Positions 1 to 13,131 are shown, numbered from the stretch's first letter. The stretch is DNA of 64,000 nt from Vitrella brassicaformis CCMP3155 (GCA_001179505.1 CDMY01000413.1:19558-83557); one strand, 5' to 3'. Program-made: numbers and translations. Notes: generated by a model from the sequence alone, not told the origin.

Positions 1-7
1 CAAGGCC

Positions 8-538
8 ATGGACATTGTCGACGACCACTCGCCCCATGTCCTGGACCAGCCCATAGTCGACCCTGGGGCCCCCGCCCTCCCCCTCCCCCTACGCCCAACC
101 AATGGCAAGAACCGCGCCGCCCAGGCGGACGAATGGGAGATCGACGAGGTGGCGGCCATCCTTGCCAAGGGGCCGATGAAGATCCGGCGCAACGCCCCTG
201 ACTTCCTCTCCAAGGCTTCGCAGAAGAAGCGGGAACACGAGAGGCGGAAGATGTTCCGGGAAGGCAAGCTCAGCGGCCTCGCTGAGACGGAAACGATGCA
301 GGAGAGCACGGTGTGTGAGTGTGTGTGGGAGATAGAGGGGGAGAGGGACTTTAATGGTGAGAGTGAGGTGAGGACGGTGGGGTGTCAGTTCGGTCGGCCG
401 ATGAGTGGTGTGGATGGGTGTGGGGTGCCGGGAGATGAGCTGGACAGCCCTGCGTCGAGCAGCAGTGGGTGCGGCACCGACACAGGTAGTGGCTCGACCC
501 GCACCAAGGCGGGGGGGACAGAAGGGGAGGAGTTTTGA
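8..538 (+). CDS. Hypothetical protein, 3' part; may begin before the window
   Basis: GC-rich ORF with coding-like codon usage (DEWEIDEVAAILAKGPMKIRRNAPDFLSKASQKKREHERRK). A probable in-frame intron (acg|gtgtgt...gtgtcag|TTC) lies at about 311-388, with stop at 536-538. No family recognised. Confidence 0.45.
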   Translation: MDIVDDHSPHVLDQPIVDPGAPALPLPLRPTNGKNRAAQADEWEIDEVAAILAKGPMKIRRNAPDFLSKASQKKREHERRKMFREGKLSGLAETETMQESTVCECVWEIEGERDFNGESEVRTVGCQFGRPMSGVDGCGVPGDELDSPASSSSGCGTDTGSGSTRTKAGGTEGEEF

Positions 539-968
539 CGCCATATATTGACTACTACGTGTGAGGTGTGTGTTCGGGGTGAATCTGTACAGCGTGATGG
601 CATGTGTGATAGACAGACATCTGTGCCGTGCGTGCAATACGTGTGTCGACCGTTCGACCAGGGACTCGGAGAAATCAATCTTGCATCGCATCGTGTGTGT
701 CTATACAAAGACCTCATGCAAACCAAACCCTCATTGTATTACCTCCCGTCCTCTCCTCCCGCCCGCCCGCCCTGCCTTGCTGGGAAGGTGGGCAGGGGTT
801 GGATAAAGAACAGTGTGGTCTTGTCGCGGTCATGAAGAAGCCCTCCTTGACTTGACGATGTGCAGCACAGACAACCGCTTCCAGTCAGTCGTGATACGCA
901 TCCATCGTCCACAAGCGATTCTCAAGATGGCGGTTGAGTTGACTTACAAGACCTCGGACCATACCATT

Positions 969-2698
969 TCACTTGTCTTGCTTGAGAACACTGTGGTTGA
1001 CCTGAAGAGCACCACAGACAAATCGGACGGGAGGATGAGATGAAGCACAGAAGGGGACGGACAGGCGTACACACATCACATTCACAGATGCAGATCGGTA
1101 GGCTAGGCAGGTGTCACTCTCTGCACCGCGTCTCACTCACTCACCACAAACAGTTTGCCCATGCTTTCCTCCGAGTATGTGTTGATGTCGCGGCAGTAGT
1201 TCTGAATCTGACTCGAGATCAGCAGGCTGTCCATCGGATTGTACTGCAGTGCACACACACATCCATCCATCCACCCGCTGTCGACCTCTCTGTGTGTCTG
1301 TCCTCCCCACCACACTGACTGACCCTTCTGTCCATGTAAGGTCTTGGTTGCCTCTTGTCGAGGAATTGTCGCTTCGACTCCTCGGAGGCCAAATCGTCCA
1401 GACAGTCTATCAACGCAGACCTACACACCACACACACACAACACACACACAAGCATCCCATGGTACGGTGTGAGGTCTCTCCTTCTCTCCCCGTGTGTGT
1501 TGTGTGTGTGTTGTGTGTGTGTACTCACAGGTTTTTCTGCATGTAGGCTGAGTTGTCGAAGTCGAGTGTGTCTAGGTCGACGGATGACTGGAAGGGGTCG
1601 CCCAGGACGTTGTCGACCAGGAAGGCCTCCACCAGCAGCGGGTTGTTGATCGACAGCGGCACCTCCTCCAGCAAATTGTCGCACTGCAGCTGCTGCAAAT
1701 TCATGCCACTATTGGACACACACACAAAGACAAACAAAGACACCCATGGAGCGAATGACACACTGGAGATCCTGCCGTGTGTGTGTTGTCCTCTTTATGT
1801 CTTCCTTACAGAGGCTGCCCGCGTTGGTTGGCTTCCTTCCGCCGCTTGACCAGCTCATCGGTCACGCGGAAAGCCTTCACACACACACACACACACACGT
1901 GCCGACAGTCATAGCAAGCCAAGCGGCTGTGTGTCGGCTGTGTGGTCGGGTGGGACATTCATTAATGAATACCCACCCTGAATGCGAGTCTGCCTATGGC
2001 GTTCTGCAGCGGGTCGAAGACGAGCACCACACACTTGTCGTTGATTTTCTCCTGGTAGCCGATCTGCTCCTCCAGCAGCCGCTCCGTCAGGAAGTGGGAC
2101 AGGTAGGTGCTCGTGTACCAACCCACCGTGTTGGCATCAACATTCACCTTAATTTCACAACACACAACACACATCCAATCCAAACAATGGCTGGGCTGCC
2201 CGCCTGTCTGTCTGTTTCCTCGGTGGCTGTGTGACGTGACCCCACCCCTCATTACTTAAGAGTGCCGACTGACTGACCTCTCTGAGTGCCTTCATCATCT
2301 CGAGAGAGTACTGGCTGTCCTGTGTGGTGTCGCCGCTCTCGATGTTCCTCTCTGGGGTGGCGAAGCTGTGGGTGACCTGCAGCACGGCTCCCACGTCCAG
2401 ACCCATCAGCTTGCCGCTCGCACCCGTCTGGTCACGCGCATGCTTCATTATCTTCAATATCACCTGAGGGAGGGAACGAACGGACAGCCGCACAACACAC
2501 CACACATACAGACCAACACACACACACACAGACATTAGCAGGGAGGGATCTGTCACGGTGCAGCTGCCTTCCCCCATCCGTCTACGTGTTGATCATCGTG
2601 CATCCCTTGTGCCACGTGCCCAGTCGGCTCACCAGTGCGTCGACCTCCACCCGCTGCAGACCTTGGCTGCGGTCTTGACGGGACAGCTCACGCGACAT
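969..2698 (-). CDS. eIF3h: Eukaryotic translation initiation factor 3 subunit H (MPN domain)
   Basis: Spliced exons give MSRELSRQ...VEVDALV|ILKIMKHARDQTGASGKLMGLDVGAVLQVTHSFATP...YSLEMMKALREV|NVDANTVGWYTST...VVLVFDP...LEEVPLSINNPLLVEAFL...MDSLLISSQIQNYCRDINTYSEESMGKLFV|VNHSVLKQDK*. These match eIF3h hallmarks. Splice sites are canonical GT-AG; ATG is at 2698 and TGA at 969-971. Confidence 0.9.
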
Positions 2699-2748
2699 TC
2701 TGCCTGACCAGATTACGCGCGAGGGGGTCAGGGGAAGAGATTCGCCTC

Positions 2749-2774
2749 TAAGCTCGCAGCTAAGCTCGCAGGCG
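2749..2774 (-). promoter_or_regulatory. Tandem TGCGAGCT motif in the eIF3h/BT1 divergent promoter
   Basis: taagctcgcagc-taagctcgcaggcg. The 14-mer taagctcgcaggcg recurs exactly at 49810-49823. Confidence 0.5.
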
Positions 2775-2887
2775 TTTGTGAGAGCTGTACGCTGCCCCGT
2801 GGCCTGTGGTGCAGTCCGCTTCTCCAGCCCCGGCCACATCGCCCTGTGTGTTGAAGGCTCTGCAAAGGCAGATCACTTGAAGTGGCA

Positions 2888-5840
2888 ATGGCGGAGGTGA
2901 GCCACTCGGTGAGCCACTCGGCCATTCCTGCAGAGGTGCTGGGCGCCCCGTCGCTGCCCGACTCGCTGCCGTCGACCGAAACGCTCGGCAAGGCCACGGC
3001 GCGGCAACGGAGGTCCCGCGCGTCGCTGCTGCGGTCGGGGTGGGAGGCCGGCGGCCAGGCGGTGCTGCAGTGCGGGGGCAAGTTCTACACACGGCTGAGG
3101 AAAGAATATGGCACTGAGTTCCTCATGCTGCTCTCTAACGTTTGCCTGGGCGTCAAGGGCATCATCTACCAGGTGGGGCCGACTGGACAGTCGGCCGAGG
3201 CGCGGCGCACAGAGACCGTGTCGGACATGTGCCGTATGTATTGTGGGTTGTGTGTTTCAGTACTTGATGACGGTTGGGCTGCCCTACTTCAAGTGGCTTG
3301 GTCTGGATGGCGTCAAGTACCAGACCAACTTCACCATTGCCTGGACGCCCTGGGCCATGAAGGGTGGGTCGGTGCGAAAAAGCCGACAGAGCATCCAACC
3401 AACTAGACTGACTCTTCGTGTGTGTGGTTGTGCAGGCATTTTCGCCTCGCTGACAGACGCGTGGCCCATCGGTGGCTATCACGCAAAGTGGTACATGTTC
3501 ATCGCCAATGTGCTGGGCGTCGCCGGCCTCCTCGGACTTGCCGTGTTGCCGAGAGAAAGTATGTATGTCGCAGCTTTAAAGCGTGGCTAGCTATCGATAG
3601 CAGACAGACAAGGCAAGACGTCTGTCTGTGTGTGTGGTTTGTGTCTGTTGTGTCCTTCCTTTGTGTGTGTGTGTGCAGCTGCGAGGACGCACGTGTGGAT
3701 AGTGGGCGCGTTCTTCTTCATGGCGCAGGTGCAGGTGGCCGTCCAAGACATGCTTCTCGATGGTGAGTGAGCCTGGGAGGGAGGCAGTGACGCAATGCAA
3801 TGGGGACCAAAGGCAGTCAATCTGTGCACGCCACGCCGTGTGTGTTTGCAGGCAAGTACACGGAACTGATGGCCATCTCGGGCCGAGGGTAGGAAGGAAC
3901 CGCACCCCCCACCCAGCCCCCCACCACGACAACCAAGCGCAAACCCCCTTCCCTCCCTCCCTCCCTCCCTCCCTCGCATCGTTGTGTCCATTTGTCAGGA
4001 ATGAGATCGTGACGTACGTGTGGTTCATGAGCACGGTGGGCAACATGATGGCGAGCGCCACTGTGGGGCCCATCAGCGACTCGGTTGGGCCGGGGCTGGT
4101 CTTCTGGATCGCACTACCCATCGCACTCCAGACGGCATACCCCATACTAAGGGGATGGATGCCAGAGGAGAGAGTCCCCCCACCCAACGGATCGAAACTG
4201 CAAGTAGGGAGGGGCGGGCACACAAACAGATAAACAGACGAATGGCTGATTCTGTTACACACGTGTGTCTGTGTGTGTGTGTGTGTGTGTCTCACAGGTA
4301 GCGAAGGTGAAGTCTGAGTGGCGGACATTCGCCATGGGCTGCAGCACAGGCGTGGCTGCGCTGGGGCTGGCCATCGTCGGTGAGACTGACACGCACACAC
4401 ACACAGACATATTTGCAGATGGAGACGAGTGCAATGGTCTGGTGGGGTGGCCATGTGTGCAGGTGCGGCGTTCTCCCCCTTTGTGCAGCTGGTGTACACG
4501 CTAAGTGTGTCAGTGGTCGTATCGATTCTCTCGTGCTTCCTCTGCAAGAGGGAACAGGCCACAACCAACCTCTACTTCCTGCTATCAGGTAAACAATCAC
4601 ATCCACACCCGCTGCAGCTGCACCTGGCTGGTGCTTCCTTGATAAACGTGTCTCAGTGTCGCTGTATGTCCAAATCCCCGGGGCGATCGACTTCTGGTAC
4701 ACGGCCGACCCGTCCTGTGTGGCGGACGGGCCTCACTTCGACTTCACCTACTACCAGACAGTCTCGCAGCTGGTGGGCAACGTGGCGCAGGTGGCCGGCA
4801 TCGTCCTCTTCCAGCTGTGCGTGAGGAACTGGCGATTCCGGACGGCCTTCTGGGTCACCACCGTTGTGCGGATCGTGGCCTCGTGCGTGGACCTGCTCAT
4901 CATCCAGAGGGTCAATGTCCGCTTCGGCCTCCCTGACAAGGCCGCGTTTATCCTGTAAGTGACCAGACCACCTGGTGGGGTGGCTGCGAGGGTTGTCATG
5001 CGTCCGTCCCATCTGTCTGTCCTTCTGGCTGTGTGTAAATGAATGTATTTCAGTGGCGATGCGATGATCCTCAACCTTGCGCAGATGCTTGATCTGATGC
5101 CCGCCATCCTGCTGACGTCCAGGCTGACGTCGCCCGCCATGGCCACCACCTCATTTGCCGTCCTCGCAGGGTTCTTCAACTTTGGCATGAACGCGTCACG
5201 CGCCCTCGGCACCTTCATGATCGACTGGTTCGGCGTCAAGACGGCCGAAAGCGTACGCTAGCATGTTGATGCACTCATATACCCTCCCTCATCTGACTGC
5301 CGGACGGACCCAACGCCTGCAATGGTTGGCCTCGTGTTGTGTTGTGTGTAGCACACTGGCGTGGGTGCGTCAGCCGAGGAGTGCGACTTCAGCAACCTCT
5401 CCTGGCTCGTGCTGGTGGCGCACATCATCCTCCCGGCCCTGTCCATCCCCCTAGCTTTCTTCCTGATCCCCGACCTGCCCATCAACGGCCCCTTAGAGAC
5501 ACAACACGCGTCCGCCTCACGGCAACTCTCGGCGAGCAGCCTGGCCGACGAGGACACCATGGCGGGGGGCGGGCTGGACGAAACCGACGACCAGTATACA
5601 GACGAGGAGAGCACCACCGCTGCTGCTGCTGCTGCTGTTGCCGGAAAGCGGACCAGTGATGAGCCGACAGCGCGTCAGAATGAGCAGCACCACGAGACGG
5701 CGCCGACCGTGTTGGCGATAGAGATGGAGGAGATGGCGCTGCGTGTGCCGATGGGGCTGTGTGTGGGGTCGTCGTCAGTGATGCCGCGGACGCCACGGAT
5801 GGCCACTGAGGAGGGGGGCGATCGGGGTGCGGGGGACTGA
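2888..5840 (+). CDS. BT1-family folate/biopterin transporter (MFS), multi-exon
   Basis: Exons encode LPYFKWLGLDGVKYQTNFTIAWTPWAMKG|IFASLTDAWPIGGYHAKWY, DMLLDG|KYTELM, GAIDFWYTADPSCVADGPHFDFTYYQTV, FLTVVRIVASCVDLLIIQRVNVRFGLPDKAAFIL|GDA and SFAVLAGFFNFG. These are typical BT1 motifs with many TM segments. Confidence 0.88.
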
Positions 5841-6404
5841 ACACGTGAGGGCAAGTGTTTTTCTCTTGCAAAGCCTCACGTTTCGTTTTTGTGTGTAGAG
5901 AGAAGTGTGTATTGTGATGTGGATATACATACGTGTAAGTGTACAGTCGTGTGACTTTGTGCGGTGAGTGAGATGTCTGGTGGTGACGTGCGACGGTGTG
6001 TGGGGACACGATGGATGCCAACGTGTTCATCGCCAACGCGGCCCATGCGCTGTTGGAGAAGGAGGGGTGGAAGGGTCGGGGATTCAGTCATGTGTCTGGA
6101 TGGATTTGCTCGCTTTTTGTCTGTGCGCGGTAGCTGTGTGGCTTGGCAGGCAGGCATGTTTTGTCAGCGCCGTTGAGCGTTTCACGTGCCTGTCGATATG
6201 TTTCTATCTGTAGACGCGTGGCTGGCTGAGATATGGCAGAGTCCCATAGGATGGAGAAGGGACATACCGGGCGAGGCTTCCAGACGCCATTATTTCGGCT
6301 GCATGCCCACAATTCTGGGCGATCTGTCTGTAACAACACGCATGGGAGCTGCATCGTCCTTCAGCTCTGCTCGGTGACTGCAGAGTCAAAGCATCGGAAG
6401 ATCC

Positions 6405-8307
6405 ATGGACACCGGCGCCTGTTCAGCGACTTTGCTTCAAGAGGCCTCCGACGAGTACGCGAGTGGCATGCTTGTGGACTCCCAGAGCTCCGATGTAGCC
6501 AATAACAATTACATCAAGGCTGCCAAGATCGCTCCCGATGGGTCATCGGTTCTCTCTGCCTCGGAAGACACACTTCTGCGGCTGTATGCGCTGGACCAAG
6601 GCAAGCCGTCCATTACTGATATGTTGCCGCAGAGAGCAGGGAAAGTCATGACCACCTTTGTCTGTCATGCAGAGGCGCTCAATGCCGAGAGGGAGCGGCG
6701 AGCAACAGCTGGTGGCTCAGACGCCAAAGCTGCTGCGCTGCGGCCGTGGACTTGTGCCTATGAGGGCGAGTGCATCTTTGACTTCGCGTGGTACGCAGAG
6801 GAACGAACGAGCACGGTGCGCACCGAATGATTGTGGTTGTGTCTGGTCTGCAGGTATCCCCTGTTTGCGGCCGATGATCTCAGCTCAGCGTGCTTTGCGT
6901 CCACTTCACGAGGCCATCCTGTAGGATAGGAGGGAGGATTGAAGAACCGACACACAACTCTGACTGACGACCATGTGCTGTGCTGTGCATGCCTTGCCTT
7001 TTGTCAATCAATGGCCTGCGTCAGATTCATCTGTTCAACGCCTTGGATGGCTCTCTGCGGACATCCTATCTGCCCTACAATGCATTCAGCCACGAGCCAG
7101 AAACAGCCCTCTCCCTGGCATTCCATCCCCAAGGGCAGGTGCTCTTCGCCGGCTCACGGAGCTGCGTCAAGGTCTTCGACGTCATGAGGCCCGGAACACA
7201 GATTGAGGTGGGTCTCCGTGACACACCGAAGATCGTTGGTCGGAGAGCTTCAATGGGGTGTTTGGTGTATGTGTATCAATCACTCGTCAGGATCGGCTGC
7301 TGGCCACACGGCGGAAGGCTGAGGGACAGCGCGGCCTCGTCTCGTGCTTTGCTTTCCCCACTGCCCCCTCATCGGCTGACGAGAAGCTCTACGCCGTCGG
7401 CACATACAGTAAAACGGTGTGCATCTACAGCGAGGAGCATCAGGGAGCCCGGCAGCCCGTGTGCTGGCTTGAGGACGCCGACCAGCCGATGGGGGGCGTC
7501 ACGCAACTGGCCTGGGTCGGGGACCATCATGTCGTCAGCGGCCACCGGCAGGACCGATGCATGAGGCTTTGGGTAAGGATCGATCGGGACACATGTGGCC
7601 GATAGGGAAGCACGTATGTGTGTGTGTGTTGTCTTGTGCTGGTTGGTTTGTTGGTGTTGTTGGTTTCTCAGGATCTTCGCAAGCCGGAGGCCGTGCTGCG
7701 TCGGTTCCCTCGTGTGACCACCACGTGTCAGCGCTTCCGGTTCGACGTGTGTGTGCGCAAGGGGCAGACTGTGGTCGCTACGGGAGATCTAAGCGGTCGT
7801 GTGTCCCTGTTCGATCTCAACACCGGCGAAACCATCAGCCGCTTCCAGGCCCATGCGCGAGCCGTGAGTGTCAAGTGACGACGGAGCACTCCACAACGCA
7901 TCGCATACATTATGTGTGTTGTGCATTTCTTCTTGGCGTTGTGTCAGTGCACAAGTGTGGGATTCCATCCCTCTGCGAACTATGTCGTCACGTCTTCCGG
8001 AGAACGGCTCTTCCCATCGTTGACGCACCTCGCCTCGAGGGACGACCAATCGGCCGCGGCCGCTGCAGAAGATGAGAATATGGCGGAGTCAGAGAGCGGG
8101 GAAGACGGCAGCCCTCCAGCGAAGAGGCAGCGACGGTCGACAGATGGGCCGCAGCCGGCAGAGGGCTCGAGTGCAGCATCACAGCCGCTCAACTGCATCC
8201 GGGTGTGGCAGATCCACTGGGGGGGAAGCGAACCACAGGAAGGCACGACGGTCACTGCAGAGAAAGACACTGCAGACGGAGAGACGGGCGGCGCGGCGTG
8301 TTCGTGA
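6405..8307 (+). CDS. WRAP53: WD40 protein TCAB1/WRAP53 (telomerase Cajal body protein 1)-like
   Basis: NNYIKAAKIAPDGSSVLSASEDTLLRLY, EGECIFDFAW|YP, FASTSRGHP|IHLFNALDGSLRTSYLPYN, LSLAFHPQGQVLFAGSRSCVKVFDVMRPG, GQRGLVSCFAF, GGVTQLAW, W|DLRKP, TCQRFRFD, SVGFHPS and TSSGERLF correspond in order to TCAB1 motifs. Confidence 0.82.
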
Positions 8308-8734
8308 CGTTCGTGAACGCGACGCCGATATTGTAGTTGTGGTAGATGGCGTTGGTTGGTTGGTTATTGTGTTTAACGAGACTCGTATCGTGGTCTTCCG
8401 CCTTCATTCTTCATGCGAGCTCAACCCTTCAGTCTTCGAAACCCTAGTGTTGCCTCAACAAACCCATTCTCCACCCCTCCTTCTACTTCACCTTTCTGCA
8501 TCAGCGCTTGTGCAGTCGCTGTTGGTGCGTTGCACTCTGTCCGATCTCCGATCAGATCAACTGTCCGTTCGTCCACCGTTCCATCGTCTTCCTCACTTCA
8601 GCAGCTTCTTCCGTTCTTCACAGGCCATTCTCTCCCCTGCTGAGTGCGCGATGGAGACGGCCTGATCCATGCTTCTTCCCTACTGACCCGGCGTGTGTGC
8701 TGTGTGGTGACAAGTTCCGACCGACGGCGGCAGC

Positions 8735-11699
8735 ATGATGAGAGCCTCTTATCGTCAGGGCTGCGCTTTATCGGCGTTTATCGTGGTCATTGTGTGCGGG
8801 CTGTTGGGTTTGAGTGCGGCTGCGGGTTTTGCTGACGGCTCCTACTCCTCCCCCGAGGCCACGCACCTCGTCCTGCATGAGGGAGAGGAGGCGCGACCAG
8901 ACGGTGAGTGGAGTGGCAACACACATACACACGAGGGGATAGATGTCCGTTGTTTCTTGTCGCCATGCATTCCATCCATCTTTCTATGCTTCCGTGTGTG
9001 CAGATGATGTTGGTGCCGGCCTTCAGGACCGCGTGTTGGAGTGTGACGTGGTGGTGGTCGGCGGTGGGTCGGCCGGCACATCGGCAGCTCTGGCTGCAGC
9101 GAGGAGTGGCGCCAAGACTGTCCTCATACAGTCCAGGTAAGAATCAATCCAGTGACTCAGTCATGCGCTGGACAGTATCCCCATTCCCTCTCTCTCTGAA
9201 CATCCCTGCTGCCTGGCTGGCTGCCTTTCTGCCTTTCTGCAGGGGTGTGTTGGGCGGCAACGCCTCATCCGAGTCCAAGCTGCACATGGTGGGTGCCGAC
9301 AAGGAGGGCGGGCGAGGCCACCTGATGAAGACCGAGGCCCGCGAGGGCGGCATCGTCGAGGAGTACACCGTCCGCAACTCGGTCGAGAACCCGCAGCGCA
9401 GCGTGGAGCTCCACGACCTCACCCTCTACAAGCTCTTCCGCGAGGAGCCCAACGTGCAACTGATCCTCAACGCACCCATGGTGTCGGCCGTCAAGGAGTG
9501 GGAGGAAGGCAGCGGCGGCTGGGTGGTCAAGCAGGTCACTGCTGAGAACCAGGAGGCACAGGTGCGATACATCGTCAAGGGCAAGGTCTTCATTGACGCC
9601 ACGGGGGACGGGAGGCTGGGAGCGGAGGCGCACGTGCCTTACATTATTGGTGAGGGGAGGAGACCGATGCGATGAGTGTCTCTCTGTAGGATGGTCGAGT
9701 CGAGGTGTGAAAGCACTTCTTGTTCTTTCTGTGTGTGTGCCTTAAAGGTCGCGAGTCGCGTAGCCACTTTGGTGAGAGTCTGGCTGAGGCGCGGTCGGAC
9801 AACGAGACGGAGGGCAGCTCCTTCGCCTTCACCTCACGTGACTACGGCCGACCGATGACATTCACAGCACCAGAGTGGTCAGTGAGACAGAACCCCCCCG
9901 GCCCCCTCCCTCTAAGGACTCCAAGCGATGCCACTTCTCTCTCCTCTGTCTCTCAGGGCGATGAAGTTCACATCGTCTGATTTCAAGTATCGTCCGATCC
10001 ACAGCGACATCCTGGACTACGGCTACTGGTGGATCGAGGTCGCCTGGCCATACAGCACCATACGCGACAACGAGGCCATCCGCGACAGGCTGCTCGAGGC
10101 CGTTCTCGGCATCTGGGACTACATCAAGAACAGCGGCAACTTCCCGGAGGCTGAGAACCTCGCACTCGACTGGATCGAGTGGTGGCCCTGCAAGAGGGAG
10201 GGCCGCCGGTTCCGTGGCCTGTACATCATGACGCAGAACGACATCCTCCCCGACCCCAAGCAGAAGCCCCCGCCCGCCCCGATGCTTTTCGATGACCGTG
10301 TGAGCTACGGTGGGTGGAATCTGGACCTGCACAACCCCAAGGGCATCTTCGACACATCGAGGCCGGCGTTCGCGTCTCACCGGCTGCCTTATCTGTACAG
10401 GTGAGGCAGTCCCACCCACACACAAACCCTCCCGCTCTCTGTGACTTTGTTGTGTGTCTGACGCGTGTGTGTGCAGCACTCCGTTGCGGTCGCTGATAGC
10501 CCAGAATGCGACCAACCTGATGCTGGCGGGCCGCCTGGCCTCCTTCAGCCACGTGGTTTTCGGCAGCCAGCGAGTCATGAAGACAGCCGCTGCAAGTGAG
10601 GAGTGACGCGCATGGCAGCAGACACACGTGCACGATGCTATGTCGTCTGTGTGCGTTGCAGTGGGTCAGGCGTCGGGCACAGGTGCAGCCTACTTCGCGC
10701 TCCACGGCATCCCCCCGGCGGACGTCGGCGGTCACCCCGACGGTGTGTGGAGCATCCAGCAGCAGCTGCTGCGGGACGACCAATACATCATCGGCATGTA
10801 CAACCAAGACCCTCGCGACCATGCTCTGCGCGCAGCGGCAGTCAAGGCGTCTTCTTTCGTCGCTAACGAGACCTTCGACGGACGCCCACAGCTGGTATGT
10901 GTGCTGGACAGGCACACGCAAACCAGGCGCAGCGGAAAAGGGCATCCGTGTGTGTGTGCAGGTGGTGTCTGGTCAGACGCGTGCTGTTCATGGCTATGGC
11001 GGTGCGGCCCCGTCTCAGCGGAAGGAGGGCGTGCAGCGTTGGGTGAGTGAAGCTCTGCCCGCGTGGATCGCACTCGAGTGGACCACACCCATCACAGACA
11101 TCGCACAGGTAAGGTAGCTGTCTTGTGTAGTGTAGCGTATATCTGTCCATCCATCCATCCATCCATCGGCACATTGGACGCCTGTCTCGTGTCAGGTTGA
11201 GCTGGTCTTTGACACCGGGATGCATCGCACGCTGATGCTGTCGATGATGCTTCGCGACCAGCACAAGATGGTGTGGGGCCGCCCGCAGCCAGAGACCGTC
11301 AGGGACTACTCCATCGAGGCGCGACTGGCGGCCGGTGCCGACGACCAGTGGCGCCAAGTCATAACCGTCCAGGGCAACTTCCAAAGGAAGCGAAGGCACA
11401 ACGTCGCACGGCAGATGGCGCAGATCGATCCACAAAAGGTCCGCCGTGGCGATACGAGCTGGTGTGGCACATGTGGCTTTGTGTGGAATGCCTGTGCGTC
11501 CGTCTGTTTGTGTGCGGATCGGATCTGTTAGGTTGGTGTGGAGTCCCTGCGGCTGGTGGTGAGTGCGACCAATGGCATCCCGCACGCACACGTCTTCGAG
11601 ATACGCGTGTACGGGAAGGACGGCCTCACCCCTTTCCCGGCCAAGCCGCAACCACAGCAGCAGCGGCCGAGAAGGGAGACCAAGCTATGGATGCGATAG
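8735..11699 (+). CDS. Secreted FAD-dependent oxidoreductase (PF12831-like) with a C-terminal discoidin/F5/8-like beta-sandwich domain
   Basis: N-terminal signal peptide (ALSAFIVVIVCGLLGLSAAAG), Rossmann motif DVVVVGGGSAGTSAALAAARSGAKTVLIQSR|GVLGGNASSE, FIDATGDGRLG, KREGRRFRGLYIMTQND, YGGWNLDLHNPKG, NLMLAGRLASFSHVVFGSQRVMKTAAA|MGQASGTGAA. The C-terminus ends LRLVVSATNG...VFEIRVY, with TAG at 11697-11699. Confidence 0.85.
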
Positions 11700-12546
11700 C
11701 TGACATGGCTTAGAAGATGTCCTGCTGAATGAAGAAACGTGTACCCACCAATCGGGGGGGTCAAGACAGCAGTGGATGCTGCCGCCGTGTGACCGAATCG
11801 CCCCCTCACTGACTGCATTAGTTGTTCTTTTCTCGAAGTGTCGTTTAGTGGCATACGCCTGTGTGTACATGTGTGTGTGTGTCTGTCGGGCGTTGTCGGT
11901 ACCCGCCCGCCCCAATTCGACAAGCGTTTTTCTGGAGTGTGCGTGAGGAGAGGGGTGCGTTGTGTGTGCGTATAAAGCATGTGGGGATCATCAGCACTGC
12001 ATGGCATGAGCCATCGACGGCTCACGTCATGTATGTCATTTCTTCGAGTGCCCGTGGGTGAAGTGAGAAGTGCACGCAGCAGGTAGTGTTTGTGCGTCAA
12101 GGTCGGTACCTAAGGGAGTTTTCCTCATGACGCGGTGCGCGTCATTTTGCATGGTCGCTTGTTTCGTCTCCTGGCTATGACTGATGAGAGTTTTCGGCGC
12201 CTTCCTTTGCCTGCCGCCCGCACAGACACACACATGCGCGGCTTCTTCCGGGCGCTCTCTCATCGACCATGTCTGATTGTATATACCACACACGTACGTC
12301 AGGGGAGTCGGTCTGGCGCACACAGGTGCTGTGCATGTCGGTCTCTCTCTCCCTCTCCCTCTCCCTCTCCATCTGCGGGTGTGTGCGGTCTTGTGCTTGA
12401 GTGTTCGTGCGTGTCCGTGTGTGTCCGTGTGTGTGCGTGTGTGTGCGGGTGTGTGTGTGTGATACTTAAAGGGCCGGCCCTCGTCTGTCATGCAGGCTGC
12501 AGCAGGCATGACGAGGGTATGCCCGGCCGTATATGTGCGAGCGTGT

Positions 12547-12597
12547 GGCGGCGGATTCTATACTAGTTCTACACGGTTGACAAAATAATAACACTGT
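12547..12597. repeat. Dispersed ~40-50-bp motif, copy 1 (possible DNA-transposon terminus)
   Basis: ggcggcggattctatac (12547-12563) plus ttgacaaaataataacactgt (12577-12597). Both blocks recur exactly at 20998-21037. Confidence 0.75.
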
Positions 12598-13048
12598 GGG
12601 CTGCATCCCGCACTTGGACGCTTCCCTCCCTGTCTCTGTAGAGGTAGCGTTGGGTCTCATGCCGCAACGGCGAGGAACGCCTTCGGATCAGCTTGGAATG
12701 TGGAGATGCATAGAAGCGGGGAACAACTTGGATACCTTTACGAGGCATTGGGCGACTTGGATGATGCAAATCCCTGAGAATTTGTCCCGTGGTTGCTGAA
12801 TCTGTCGGTTGTTTATGGAACTGTCCCGTTTTCTCGCCGCCTCTGATTTCTCGACGCGAGACAACAAGATCAATTTTGAAAATTTACAGAAAGGGATGGG
12901 GGAAGTTCAGACAGGCAGCCAATCCGCAGGCTGATGCAGCCCACAACACGTGGGCTTCAGCACATGATGCAGGCAACGCGCCGCTGGACCGAGCGATGCT
13001 ATGCCCCAACACTTTTGCAATGATATACATATGGATGTGTGGGGGAAC

Positions 13049-13131
13049 ATTTTATACGTCCACGACGCGAAGGTTTGACCATTTTATACGTCCGTTGCCC
13101 TCGGTCATATGAGGCGCAGCGGCTGAGGATC
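13049..13131. repeat. 83-bp perfect direct repeat, copy 1
   Basis: attttatacgtccacgacgcgaaggtttgaccattttatacgtccgttgccctcggtcatatgaggcgcagcggctgaggatc is identical to 13638-13720. The 13-mer attttatacgtcc occurs twice inside it. Confidence 0.95.

Noticed and set aside
12577-12597. Bacterial sigma70 -35 box (TTGACA) or RAG RSS heptamer (CACAGTG)
   Set aside because: There is no matching -10 box or nonamer, and the locus is eukaryotic. It is treated as part of the dispersed repeat.
12601-13023. UGA recoding or selenoprotein (four in-frame TGA, no TAA/TAG)
   Set aside because: The intervening peptides are not recognisable, I saw no SECIS, and CGA-to-TGA decay or chance explains the pattern.
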